From contig CAVQEW010000006.1 of the NCBI GenBank assembly GCA_963711655.1, positions 66,662-130,661 on the forward strand: a stretch of DNA of 64,000 bases. Direction: 5' to 3'. Below the pieces are notes generated by a model, which saw only the letters and a list, made by a program, of their open reading frames with translations, did no database searches and was not told the DNA's origin. The position numbers were made by a program, and so were the translations under genes. This DNA is from an uncultured Actinomycetota bacterium. GTDB taxonomy: Bacteria > Actinomycetota > UBA4738 > HRBIN12. Positions 28,634-38,049 of the stretch are shown here, one piece after another. The first letter of the stretch is position 1, and each line of letters begins with the position of its first letter.

Positions 28634-30109
28634 CTACCAGCGCAGTTTGAGCGCACGCGCGGCCCGTGCCTCGTCGAGGCGACGCACCGGGGTGGTGACC
28701 GGCGCCTCACGGAGGAGCGCCGGCGTCTTCGCGTGCTTCGCGGGCCGCATGCCTGAGGGCCTCGCCGAAGGCGTCGAGGGTGGCCTTCGACTCGGTCTCG
28801 GTGGGCTCGACCATCATCGCCTCCTCGACGACGAGTGGGAAATAGACCGTCGAGGGGTGGAACCCGAGGTCGATCACGCGTTTGGCGACGTCCATCGCCT
28901 TGATGCCGGTGGCGTCCCGGAGGCGCTTCGCGGACGCCACGAACTCGTGCATCGGCCGCATGTCGGGGTGGGCGAGCGGGAACTCCTCCCGACGAGGCGA
29001 GCGAGGTAGTTCGCGTTCAACGCCGCGAGCTCGCTCACCTCCTTCAGCCCGTCGGCCCCGTGGAGGAACACGTAGGCATACGCTCGGACCAGGATCCCGA
29101 TGTTGCCGTGGAAGCCGTGCATGCGGCCGATGGAGCGCTCGCCACCGGGCTCGAGGGAGAACGCACCGTCGTCGCTCCGCTGCACCCTCGGCCCGGGAAG
29201 GTACGGGACGAGCTCCTCGTTGACGCCGACCGGACCCGCGCCGGGCCCCCCTCCCCCGTGCGGGGTCGCGAACGTCTTGTGGGTGTTGATGTGCACGATG
29301 TCGAACCCCATGTCGCCGGGTCGACAGCGGCCGAGGATCGCGTTCAGGTTCGCGCCGTCGTAGTACAGGAGGCCGCCGACGCCGTGGATGATCTCCGCGA
29401 TCTGTTCGATCTCCTCCTCGAAGAGCCCGAGCGTGTTCGGGTTCGTCAGCATGAGACCGGCGACCGATCCGTCCACCAGCTTCGCGAGCGCACCGACATC
29501 GACCAGACCCCGGGCATCCGAGCGCACGGGCACGGCGTCGAACCCGGCCAATCGCACGCTCGCCGGGTTCGTCCCGTGCGCCGAATCCGGGATGATCACG
29601 CGCCGCCTCGGGTCGTCCCGGTCGTCGTGGAACGCTCGCATCAGGAGCAAGCCCGTCATCTCTCCGCACGCACCCGCGGGCGGCTGCAGCGTCGCCCGTG
29701 ACATCCCCGTGATCTCACAGAGCGCGAGCTCCAGTCGCCACAGGACCTCCAGGATGCCTTGCGTCGTCGAGTCCGGCTGCAGCGGGTGCAGACGCTGGAA
29801 CCCGGGCGATGCGGCGACGGTCTCGGCGACCTTCGGGTTGTACTTCATCGTGCAGGAGCCCAAGGGGTACATGCCGGTGTCCAGGCCGTAGTTCATCTGC
29901 GCCAGGCCCGTGTAGTGCCGGACGAGGTCGACCTCCGCCACCTCGGGCAGCGACGGAGGCGCGGCGCGGGCGTGGTCGGCCGACACCGGTGCCTCGGGGA
30001 CGTCGAGGGCGGGGAAGCTCCAGGCCCGGCGCCCCGGCACGGAACGATCGAGGATCGTGCCGCCCTCGCCCGGCCCCTGCCGGCGGATCGGTGCCCCCAC
30101 CGCCTTCAC
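28634..30109 (-). CDS. gcvPB: glycine dehydrogenase (decarboxylating) subunit 2, two frameshifts
   Basis: 'LGSCTMKYNP' and 'HINTHKTFATPHGGGGPG' (PLP lysine region) are present. Frames change near 28988 and 28718. The C-terminus 'TTPVRRLDEARAARALKLRW' ends at a TAG at 28634. Confidence 0.85.
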
Positions 30110-31428
30110 GCGAGCATCTCCCCCATCGCATCGGCGAGGCCGTCGATCTGCTCCTTGGTCCTCCGCTCCGTGACGGCCACGAGCAGCACGTCGTCACCGG
30201 CCCCGGCGAACGGCACACCGGCCAGGTACCCGGACTCCACCAGGCCCTCCACCAGCTCGTCGGCGCGGCCCGGCACGCGGAGCGCGAACTCCTTGAAGAA
30301 CGGGGCCTGGGGATGCAGGAGCGACACCCCGGGGATCTCCGTGAGACGCGCCGCCGCGTAGGAGGCCTTCGCCGCGCTGAGGCGCCCGACCTCGGCGAGG
30401 CCGTCGGGGCCGAGCCACCCGAGGTAGATCGTCGCCGCGACCGCCATCAGCGTCTGGTTCGTGCAGATGTTCGAGTTGGCCTTCTCCCTGCGGATGTGCT
30501 GCTCCCGCGCCTGCAGGGTCAGCACGTACCCCGGCGCACCGTCCAGGTCCACGGTCTCGCCCACGATCCGGCCCGGCATCCGGCGCACGTCCCCCATCCT
30601 CGCGGCGATGAGCCCCAGGTACGGCCCGCCGAACGCGAGATGGTTCCCGAGGGACTGTCCCTCGGCCACGGCGATGTCCGCGCCGAGCTCGCCCGGCGGC
30701 GCCAACACACCCAAGGAGAGGGGATCGAACACCTGGATGGCCTTCGCACCGGCCTCCCGTGCCGACGCGAAGAGATCCGACGCGGGCTCGAGGATCCCGA
30801 GCACGTTGGGGTGCTGGACGACGACGGCCGCGACGTCGCTCCCCACGACCGGCGTCCCGCCGCGGCCTCCCTCGGCATCGAAGACCTCGGGCTCGTAGCC
30901 CGACCCCCGCCCGTACGTCCGGAGGGTGTCGACCAGCCTCGGATCCACGCCGGCGGAGACCAGGACCCGCGTCCGATCGCCGCTCCTCGCCATGTTCACC
31001 GCCTCCACGAGTGCCGTCGCACCGTCGTAGAGGGATGCGTTGGACACATCCATGCCGGTGAGCTCGCAGACCATCGACTGGAACTCGAAGAGCGTCTGCA
31101 GCACGCCCTGCGAGAGCTCCGGCTGGTACGGCGTGTACGAGGTCGCGAACTCCGACCGGGAGGCGAGCGCCCAGACGACCGCCGGGACGTAGTGGTCGTA
31201 CGCACCCGCTCCCGCGAAGCACACCAGGTCGTCGAGATGCCGGTCGCGGCCGGCGAGCCGGCGGAGATCGTCGACGATCTCCAGCTCGGAGACACCGTCC
31301 GGCAGCCCGAGGGGCCCGTCGAGACGCACGGATCGGGGGATCTGGTCGAACAGCGAATCGAGGGACTCGAGACCGATCGCCGAGAGCATCTCGCCGATCT
31401 CGACCTCCGTGTGCGGAGCGAACTTCAC
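30106..31428 (-). CDS. gcvPA: glycine dehydrogenase (decarboxylating) subunit 1
   Basis: 'FAGAGAYDHYVPA' and 'YTPYQPELSQGVLQ' in an intact 440-aa ORF. It has a 4-nt overlap with gcvPB. Confidence 0.9.
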   Translation of the reverse strand: MKFAPHTEVEIGEMLSAIGLESLDSLFDQIPRSVRLDGPLGLPDGVSELEIVDDLRRLAGRDRHLDDLVCFAGAGAYDHYVPAVVWALASRSEFATSYTPYQPELSQGVLQTLFEFQSMVCELTGMDVSNASLYDGATALVEAVNMARSGDRTRVLVSAGVDPRLVDTLRTYGRGSGYEPEVFDAEGGRGGTPVVGSDVAAVVVQHPNVLGILEPASDLFASAREAGAKAIQVFDPLSLGVLAPPGELGADIAVAEGQSLGNHLAFGGPYLGLIAARMGDVRRMPGRIVGETVDLDGAPGYVLTLQAREQHIRREKANSNICTNQTLMAVAATIYLGWLGPDGLAEVGRLSAAKASYAAARLTEIPGVSLLHPQAPFFKEFALRVPGRADELVEGLVESGYLAGVPFAGAGDDVLLVAVTERRTKEQIDGLADAMGEMLA

Positions 31429-31456
31429 GCCGGGCAGTGTACGGGCAGCCGGCCGT

Positions 31457-31798
31457 TCAGCCGGAGCGGTCCTCGAGCCCGTACTTCGTGACGAGCGAGA
31501 GGTAGTCCCGCTGGTAGAAGACCTTGCACCGGATCTCCGGGTATCGCTCCCGGAGCTGCCGGACCTTCCGGTTCTTCCTGGTCACGAGCTTCTGATTGAG
31601 CGTGGTGATCTCGATGTAGAGGTCGAACTCCGGCAGGAAGAAGTCCGGCGTGAATCGCCGCACGACGTTCCCCTCCCGGTCCCACTCGATGTCGAAGGAC
31701 GTCGGCTCGTAGTCCCAGACGATGCCGTAGAAGTCGAGGAGCTGCGCGAACTGGCGCTCGGAAGCGTGGGCGAAGCGGACGGTGTCGCTCTTGGGCAT
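31457..31798 (-). CDS. hypothetical protein, possible PD-(D/E)XK nuclease fold
   Basis: 'FTPDFFLPEFDLYIEITTLNQK' resembles a D...(D/E)xK core. The ORF is intact at 113 aa, between merR and gcvPA. Confidence 0.45.
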   Translation of the reverse strand: MPKSDTVRFAHASERQFAQLLDFYGIVWDYEPTSFDIEWDREGNVVRRFTPDFFLPEFDLYIEITTLNQKLVTRKNRKVRQLRERYPEIRCKVFYQRDYLSLVTKYGLEDRSG

Positions 31799-31841
31799 CG
31801 ATGCTCCAGTGGCGGTGCGACCGGGGTCTCCGCTCGTGCGC

Positions 31842-32276
31842 TCACGACCCCGCTGCGGCCGCCCGTCTGCGTTTCGAGATGGTTCCTTCCAGGTCGCTCC
31901 ATACCTGGTCGAGGGCGATGGCGAACACGCCCTGTCCCTTCTGCAGGAGGTCGATCACGGCCTCCGGCGAATGCGCCTCGTAGACACCCCGGCCGTCGGA
32001 CATCAGCGTCACCCGATGCGTGGGGCGCTTCATGGAATGGAGGTGCTCGACCGCCTTCCGAACGCGCTGGAGGGACACGCCGGTGTCGAGGAGCTTCTTG
32101 ATGACCTTCAGGGAGACGAGGTCCTGGAAGGAGTACAACCGCTGGGTCCCGGACCCGCGAGCGTCGCGGATCGAGGGCGTCACCAGCTCCGTCCTGGCCC
32201 AATAGTCGAGCTGCCGGTAGCTGATACCGACGATCCGGCAGACGTCGGGAACCCGGAAACCCTCTTCGCTCACCAC
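31842..32276 (-). CDS. MerR family transcriptional regulator
   Basis: 'FRVPDVCRIVGISYRQLDYWARTELVTPS...RLYSFQDLVSLKVIKKLLDTGVSLQ' is a MerR HTH. Confidence 0.85.
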   Translation of the reverse strand: MVSEEGFRVPDVCRIVGISYRQLDYWARTELVTPSIRDARGSGTQRLYSFQDLVSLKVIKKLLDTGVSLQRVRKAVEHLHSMKRPTHRVTLMSDGRGVYEAHSPEAVIDLLQKGQGVFAIALDQVWSDLEGTISKRRRAAAAGS

Positions 32277-32465
32277 ATGACCCGCCCTCAGCTCATGACA
32301 ACTCGGTAATTACGACCGTGTGACCGCAGCGTATGCCCGTAGCAACTACGTGTCAACGGAAGCCGGTGGTCATCCGTCCGGCCCAGGCTCAAGTTCCTCA
32401 CGGCGGACGGTCGATGAAAAGGCTGTATACCCGGAATGAGGCACGACACGAGAAGGAACCCCCCG

Positions 32466-32929
32466 ATGACGCGCAACCGAAGCTCACTCACCAAGATCGC
32501 CCTCGTCGCTGTGCTCGTGACGGGCCTCATCTCGCTCGCGCCCTCGGCTTCCGCCTCGACGCTCACGCCTCGGGCGCGGATGTACTAGAGCCACGAACAC
32601 CAGCCGCTTGAACAACGATGTCCAGCCGCGTGAACATCCACTGGACGATGTCGAGACTCGCTCGCCGGCACAGCATCGCGATGGCGAACAAGGGCTACAT
32701 CTTCCACACCGCGAATCCGTCTGCGTTCTACCTCGACGGTGTCAACTGGTCCACGTGGGGCGAGAACGTCGGGGTCACGGGAGGCACGGTCGCCAGCATC
32801 CAGAACGCCTTCATGGAGTCGACCGGTCACCGAGCGAACATCCTCAACCAACGCTTCCGGCGTGTGGCGCTCGGTACCTATCGAGACGACGACGGCCTGC
32901 TCTGGGTGACCGTCTTCTTCTACGGCTGA
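32466..32929 (+). CDS. secreted CAP/SCP domain protein (paralog), two frameshifts
   Basis: The signal peptide 'KIALVAVLVTGLISLAPSASA' is in the frame of 32466. Frame shifts lie near 32585 and 32615. The CAP core is 'GENVG...FMESTGHRANILNQRFRRVALG' (ORF 32618..32929). Confidence 0.6.
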
Positions 32930-32996
32930 TCTCTTCGGAACCGAACGTGGGCCCGCGGGTCGACGCTCGGTTCGCCCCAACCTCGGCCCGTCGGGC

Positions 32997-33485
32997 TCAG
33001 TCTGGCGGGCCTTCGGGTTTGAAGTCCTCCGGCGTGACCTGGTCGAGGAACTCGCGGAACTTCTCGACCTCCTCCTCCTCCTCGCCGGGGATCAGGATCG
33101 ACGCTTCGTCCAGCACGTCCTCGCTGGCGAAGATCGGCACGGCGAGCCGTACCGCCAGGGCGATCGCATCCGACGGACGGGAGCTCACCTCGTAGTGGTC
33201 GCCGTTCCGCTGGAGCTCGATCGTGGCGTAGAACGTCGAGTCGCGGAGCTCGGTGACGACGATCTTCTGCACGGCAACCGAGAGATCCTCCAGGATGTTC
33301 TTCATCAGGTCGTGCGTCATGGGCCTGGGCGTCTGGACACCTTGGAGAGAGAGCGCGATCGCCGCGGCTTCGGAAGCCCCGATCCAGATCGGGAGGTACC
33401 GCTCCCCGTCCCGCTCGCGGAGCAACACGATCGGCTGGTTGGTCGGGAGCTCCACGCGAACGCCTTCCAGCTGCATCTCGATCAT
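32997..33485 (-). CDS. bifunctional nuclease family protein (DUF151)
   Basis: 'PIVLLRERDGERYLPIWIGASEAAAIALSLQGVQTPRPMTHDL' is the typical BFN core. Its position matches Rv1829 (from memory). Confidence 0.75.
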   Translation of the reverse strand: MIEMQLEGVRVELPTNQPIVLLRERDGERYLPIWIGASEAAAIALSLQGVQTPRPMTHDLMKNILEDLSVAVQKIVVTELRDSTFYATIELQRNGDHYEVSSRPSDAIALAVRLAVPIFASEDVLDEASILIPGEEEEEVEKFREFLDQVTPEDFKPEGPPD

Positions 33486-33528
33486 GGTCGTGCTGGCACT
33501 GTACGAGGGGCCCGCGACCGAGCGCAAC

Positions 33529-34107
33529 TCACGCGGGGACGGCCAGATGCGGCAGCAGCGCGTTCGGGTCGGACTTGAGCGCCGTCATGTCGGAGATCTC
33601 CAGGATGTCGGCCAGGTTCCGGTAGCGCTGCTCGAAATCGAGCCCGTAGCCGACGACGAAGCTGTCCGGACAGTCGAACCCGACATAGCGCGGGTTGAGA
33701 GGCACGATCCGCCGGATCGACCGGTCGAGGAGCGTGCACACCTCGAGCGACGCGGGATGGCGCGATCGCAGGATCGAGAGCAGGTAGGACAGCGTCAATC
33801 CGGTATCGACGATGTCCTCGACGAGCAGCACGTCCCGGTCGGTCAGATCGATCTCGACGTCGAGGAGGATCCGGACCCGCCCCATCGACTCCTCGTTCGC
33901 CCCATAGGGACTGATGGCCATCAGGTGGGTCTCCAGCGGCAGGGGGATCTGCCGGATCAGGTCCGCGAGGAACACCGTGCCGCCTTTGAGCACCGAGATC
34001 AGGACGGGCTCACGCCCCACGTAGTCCCCGGTGATCGTGCGGCCGAGCTCGTCCACGCGGCGGTGGATGTCCTCGCGCCCGAACAACACGCGAGCGAGCT
34101 CCGTCAT
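33529..34107 (-). CDS. hpt: hypoxanthine phosphoribosyltransferase
   Basis: 'VLLVEDIVDTGLTLSYL' is the PRPP-binding motif, with 'VGFDCPDSFVVGYGLD'. The ORF is intact at 192 aa. Confidence 0.9.
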   Translation of the reverse strand: MTELARVLFGREDIHRRVDELGRTITGDYVGREPVLISVLKGGTVFLADLIRQIPLPLETHLMAISPYGANEESMGRVRILLDVEIDLTDRDVLLVEDIVDTGLTLSYLLSILRSRHPASLEVCTLLDRSIRRIVPLNPRYVGFDCPDSFVVGYGLDFEQRYRNLADILEISDMTALKSDPNALLPHLAVPA

Positions 34108-34184
34108 CGGGTTCGGAGCCTAGCACCCGTTCGGCCGGCGGCGATGGAACCGATGGTCCCGACCCCGCCTCCCTCCTCGGCCGA

Positions 34185-35456
34185 CTACCGGAGGAGGCCC
34201 GCGACAACGGTCCGGACCGCGCCGGCGAGCGCACCGGCGGTCCGGCCCCACCAGGAACCTCCGGGCTCGTGCGGCGCCGGAAGGTCCGCCGCGAGGACCG
34301 GGATCATCCCCAGGGTCTCGCCGCCGAGGCTCAGGCGAAGGGTCCCCACGTCCGACCCGCTCGGCGTCGGATAGGCCGCGTCCGGCGACGTCGCCAGCGT
34401 CCGCTCGACCTCGCCGCTCTCACCGACCCGGACGAGCGCCTCCAGCCGCGCGCCCGCCACGACGGGCACCTGGCCACCGCGGACGCGCACGCTCCCGAGC
34501 GACGTTCCCTCTTCCACGAGGGTCCTGCGCTCGTACGCCGCGAACCCGTGGTTCAGGAGCGCGGCGGCGTCCGAGAAGACCTCGTCGCCGCCACCGAGGA
34601 CGACGACGGCCAGCTCTCGATCCCCGCGGCGAGCGGTCGCGAGGAGGCAGAAGCCCGCGCCGGCCGTGGAGCCGGTCTTCACACCGGTTGCGCCCGCGTA
34701 GAGCCAGAGCATGACGTTCCGGTTCTGTATCCGTCGCGGACGCACGGTATCCGAGCGGACCATCGCGAACGTGCTCGCGGCGAGCCTCCGGAAGATCGTG
34801 TGCTCCCGCGCCGCTCGGAGGAGGACGAGGAGGTCGGTTGCCGATGACACCCCCCGGTCGTCGAGCCCGTGCGGGGACGCGAATCTCGTCTGCGACATCC
34901 CGAGCGCTCGCGCACGCGCGTTCATCGCGTCCACGAACGCTCCGACGCTCCCCTCCTCCTCGATCGCCAGCGCCTCCGCGGCATCGTTCGCCGAGCCGAG
35001 GAGCAGCCCGGCCAACAGACCCCGCACCGAGACCCGCTCACCGGGTCGGAGCCCGAGCGTGGAGCTCGCGCCGTAGTCGCCGCGATCGAAGACGGCGTCC
35101 GGATGGACCCGGACGGTCCGGTCGAGCTGTCCCCGTTCGTCTTCCAGGACCAGGAGCGCGGTCATCAGCTTGGTCAAGCTGGCGACCGGTCGCGCCTCGC
35201 CCGGCGACTCCTGGTAGATGATCTGCCCGGCGCCGAGATCCATCAGCACCGCCGCCGACGCCTCGATCCGAGGGACGGGGATGGGATCGGCGGGGACCGA
35301 CAGGCGGGACAGGAACGGGGACGGCGACCCGTTCGGGGGAACAGGCGTCGGCGGCGGCGCGACCGCGGGGCCGAGCGCCCGGAGCGCCGTGACCTGCGCC
35401 AGCAGGATCAGCAGCGGCAGGACGGCGGCCGCGCTCGCGGCGGCCGTCCGCCTCAC
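34185..35456 (-). CDS. D-alanyl-D-alanine carboxypeptidase (S11 family)
   Basis: It has a signal peptide, the 'SLTKLMTA' SxxK motif, 'SANDAA' (SxN) and 'KTGST' (KTG). Confidence 0.8.
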   Translation of the reverse strand: MRRTAAASAAAVLPLLILLAQVTALRALGPAVAPPPTPVPPNGSPSPFLSRLSVPADPIPVPRIEASAAVLMDLGAGQIIYQESPGEARPVASLTKLMTALLVLEDERGQLDRTVRVHPDAVFDRGDYGASSTLGLRPGERVSVRGLLAGLLLGSANDAAEALAIEEEGSVGAFVDAMNARARALGMSQTRFASPHGLDDRGVSSATDLLVLLRAAREHTIFRRLAASTFAMVRSDTVRPRRIQNRNVMLWLYAGATGVKTGSTAGAGFCLLATARRGDRELAVVVLGGGDEVFSDAAALLNHGFAAYERRTLVEEGTSLGSVRVRGGQVPVVAGARLEALVRVGESGEVERTLATSPDAAYPTPSGSDVGTLRLSLGGETLGMIPVLAADLPAPHEPGGSWWGRTAGALAGAVRTVVAGLLR

Positions 35457-36181
35457 GCGCTCCGCAGGTGGTCGCGCAGGTTCGTTCGGAGGAGAGCCTG
35501 CTTGAACTTCCGAGACGTGGCCGACAGGTTGGCCAGCGTCTGCGCCGCGGTCCGGCGGGCGTCGGGGTTCTTCTGACGGAGCGTGGGCGCGACGATCTGA
35601 TCGAAGAACGAGGATTCGCGATCCGCGAAGTGCTTGTACATCGTGAGGTGTCGGGCCTCGATCCCGTAGCGGAAGAAGTCCTTCACGATCGACAGGATGA
35701 TGAAGTCGTCGCCGTCGTAGTACCGCGCGCCTTCCGGACCATGCGTCGAGATGATCCCGAAGGACTCGAGCTCCTTGATCTTTTCGCGGTCGATGCCCGT
35801 CGCCGTCGACATCTCCTCGAGCGACATCTGGAGCCCGGTCGGAGCCTCGGCGATCTCGTCGACCGGGGACACGTCATCGTCCTTGGCGGCCTCGCCGTCC
35901 GGCGAGAGCCCGTCCTCGAGCCCTTCGTCCTGATGGAGCAGACGTTCCTTGATCACCTTCAGGGGCAGGTACTCGTCCCGCTGCATCCGCAGGATCGACT
36001 TCAACCGCTCGACGTCGTGGCTGTAGAACTTGCGGTAGCCCGACGGCGTGCGCTCCGGCTCGATCAGGCCCTCGGCTTCGAGGAAACGGATCTTCGAGAT
36101 GGTGATGTCCGGGAACTCCGTCTTCACGGACACGAGGACCTCACCGATCGATTGGTAGTTGCGCGTGCCGGCCATCTGCAC
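35453..36181 (-). CDS. MerR family transcriptional regulator (FtsR/Rv1828-like)
   Basis: 'YQSIGEVLVSVKTEFPDITISKIRFLEAEGLIEPERTPSGYRKFY' is a MerR HTH, with a second MerR-like C-domain. Confidence 0.8.
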   Translation of the reverse strand: MQMAGTRNYQSIGEVLVSVKTEFPDITISKIRFLEAEGLIEPERTPSGYRKFYSHDVERLKSILRMQRDEYLPLKVIKERLLHQDEGLEDGLSPDGEAAKDDDVSPVDEIAEAPTGLQMSLEEMSTATGIDREKIKELESFGIISTHGPEGARYYDGDDFIILSIVKDFFRYGIEARHLTMYKHFADRESSFFDQIVAPTLRQKNPDARRTAAQTLANLSATSRKFKQALLRTNLRDHLRSA

Positions 36182-36182
36182 C

Positions 36183-36698
36183 TCACTCCCCTGCCTGGAA
36201 GAACGTCAGCCTGAACCGCCCGATCTGCACCTGGTCGCCGGTCGCCAGCTTGGTCTCGTCGACCTGCTCGCCGTTCACGTAGGTCCCGTTGAGGCTGCCG
36301 GCGTCACGCACGAACCATTCCCCGTCTCTGCGCTCGAACGTGGCATGGGCCCGGGACACCGTGATGTCGTCGAGGAACACCCCGCTGTTCGTGCTCCGGC
36401 CGACGGTCGTCGCGTCGCTCTCGAGGAGGAAGGTCGACCCGGCGTTGGGGCCACGCTTGACCTGAAGGAGCGCCTGCCCGGGCTCGAGCTCATCCTCCGG
36501 GAAAGGGAACTCCGCGGCATCCTCATCCTCGGGTTCGACGGGAGTGAGGGTGACGGTCGAGTCGTCCTGAAGGGGAGCTCCGCACTCCGCGCAGAATCGC
36601 GCATCGTCACGGTTGGGATGTCCACAACGCGTACAGAACACCGTCTGCTTCCCCTCTTGCCGGATGTCCGGTCGACGTTCCACCCCCCGAGGAACCAT
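36183..36698 (-). CDS. FHA-domain protein with N-terminal zinc ribbon
   Basis: The zinc ribbon is 'CTRCGHPNRDDARFCAECG'. The FHA core is 'TTVGRSTNSGVFLDDITVSRAHATF...GSLNGTYVNG'. It sits in the garA position between merR and gcvH. Confidence 0.8.
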   Translation of the reverse strand: MVPRGVERRPDIRQEGKQTVFCTRCGHPNRDDARFCAECGAPLQDDSTVTLTPVEPEDEDAAEFPFPEDELEPGQALLQVKRGPNAGSTFLLESDATTVGRSTNSGVFLDDITVSRAHATFERRDGEWFVRDAGSLNGTYVNGEQVDETKLATGDQVQIGRFRLTFFQAGE

Positions 36699-36762
36699 CG
36701 ACCCTCGACGCGTCGTGGACGTTATCGCAGCAGGTGAGAAGGGTCAACCGAGCCTTGCGCCA

Positions 36763-36824
36763 ACCCTCGACCGTTGTCCGGCATCACCCTCGACCTCGGC
36801 TGCAGCATCGGTCGAGGGTCGAGG
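36763..36824 (-). terminator. nested inverted repeat downstream of gcvH
   Basis: The outer arms are CCCTCGA(36763)/TCGAGGG(36818). The inner arms are CCCTCGACC(36786)/GGTCGAGGG(36809). It lies 13 nt after the gcvH stop on the minus strand. Confidence 0.5.
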
Positions 36825-36836
36825 GATGAGGGTGGC

Positions 36837-37220
36837 TCAGGAGCTCGAGACGTGCTCCGTGTACCCGGCGGCGTCGAGCAGGCCTTCCAGCTCGGCCGGG
36901 TCGGAGGGCTCGATCGCGATGAGCCACCCATCGCCGTACGGGTGCTCGTTCACGAGCTCGGGCTTGTCTTCCAGCGCCCCGTTGCGCTCGACGATGGTCC
37001 CGGAGACGGGAGCGAAGACGTCCGAAACCGACTTCGTGGACTCGACCTCGCCGAACGCCTGGCCGGCGGTGACCTGCGTGCCCGCCTCGGGAAGGTCCAC
37101 GTACACGACGTCGCCCAGCGCGTCCTGCGCGAAGTCGGTGATGCCGACTCGGATGCGCCCGTTCTCCGATCTCGCCCACTCGTGCTCCCGCGAATACCGC
37201 AGGTCGTCCGGGTACTCCAC
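36837..37220 (-). CDS. gcvH: glycine cleavage system protein H
   Basis: 'VESTKSVSDVFAPVSG' is the lipoyl-lysine motif. The ORF is intact at 127 aa. Confidence 0.9.
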   Translation of the reverse strand: MEYPDDLRYSREHEWARSENGRIRVGITDFAQDALGDVVYVDLPEAGTQVTAGQAFGEVESTKSVSDVFAPVSGTIVERNGALEDKPELVNEHPYGDGWLIAIEPSDPAELEGLLDAAGYTEHVSSS

Positions 37221-37319
37221 GTCGATCCTCCTGTTCTCTTCGGCGCTGCCAATTGACCGTTCTCCCGCCGCCCGACCGACCTTCGAGGGTCGTGGCCGAG
37301 GGAAGAGCTCCGCGTGACG

Positions 37320-37922
37320 TTACTCCTCCAGCATCCCTCGTTCCGCGAGCGCGTCGCGAACGTCGATCGCGTACAGCCCGGCTGCGAGGTAGTACTCGAC
37401 GATCCCGACGGCGAAGCCCAGCCAACCGCCGACCAGGAGGACGTCGCCGAGGGGTCCGCCCGCGTTCCCCCAGGCGATCCAGGTGATCGCCGCCATCAGC
37501 GAGAACGTGGCGAGCTTCCCGATCCCTCGCACCTCGACGCGGATCTCACGTCGCCCCCAGAGCAGTGCCGCGCCGCCGAGCAGGATGGCGACGTCACGAA
37601 CGAGGATCAGGAGCGCCGCCCAGAACGGGAAGATCCCGGAGATCGCGAACGTGAGGAGGCCGGCGCCGATCGCGAGTCGGTCGGCCACCGGATCGAGGAT
37701 GCGCCCGAGCTCGGTCACCTGACCGGTTCGCCTCGCCACGTAGCCGTCGACCCAATCGGTGCTGACCACCACCGCGAACAGGAGGATGCCCCACAACCTC
37801 GTCCGCTCGTTCGCCGACAACCAGCAGAAGACCGGGATCGAGGCGATACGGGCGAACGACAGGATGTTGGGGACGGTGATCACGGCGGAGGATGCCGGCA
37901 TCGTCTCCGTCGTCCCTCTCAT
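37320..37922 (-). CDS. pgsA: CDP-alcohol phosphatidyltransferase
   Basis: 'DWVDGYVARRTGQVTELGRILDPVADR' is the DG(x2)AR...G(x3)D(x3)D motif in a multi-TM protein. Confidence 0.8.
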   Translation of the reverse strand: MRGTTETMPASSAVITVPNILSFARIASIPVFCWLSANERTRLWGILLFAVVVSTDWVDGYVARRTGQVTELGRILDPVADRLAIGAGLLTFAISGIFPFWAALLILVRDVAILLGGAALLWGRREIRVEVRGIGKLATFSLMAAITWIAWGNAGGPLGDVLLVGGWLGFAVGIVEYYLAAGLYAIDVRDALAERGMLEE

Positions 37923-37925
37923 CCG

Positions 37926-38000
37926 TCGGGCCGGCCGGATTCGAACCGGCGACCTTCTGACCCCCAGTCAGACGCGCTAACCAAGCTGCGCCACGGCCCG
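37926..38000 (-). tRNA. tRNA-Pro (anticodon GGG)
   Basis: I folded it by hand. Acceptor CGGGCCG/CGGCCCG, D arm GCGC/GCGC, anticodon stem TCTGA/TCAGA with loop CTGGGGG, and T arm GCCGG-TTCGAAT-CCGGC. No CCA is encoded. Confidence 0.85.
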
Positions 38001-38049
38001 TCCGCGGCAGTCTAGCGGGGCGGGGTCAGGAGACCACACCGGCCGTCGG

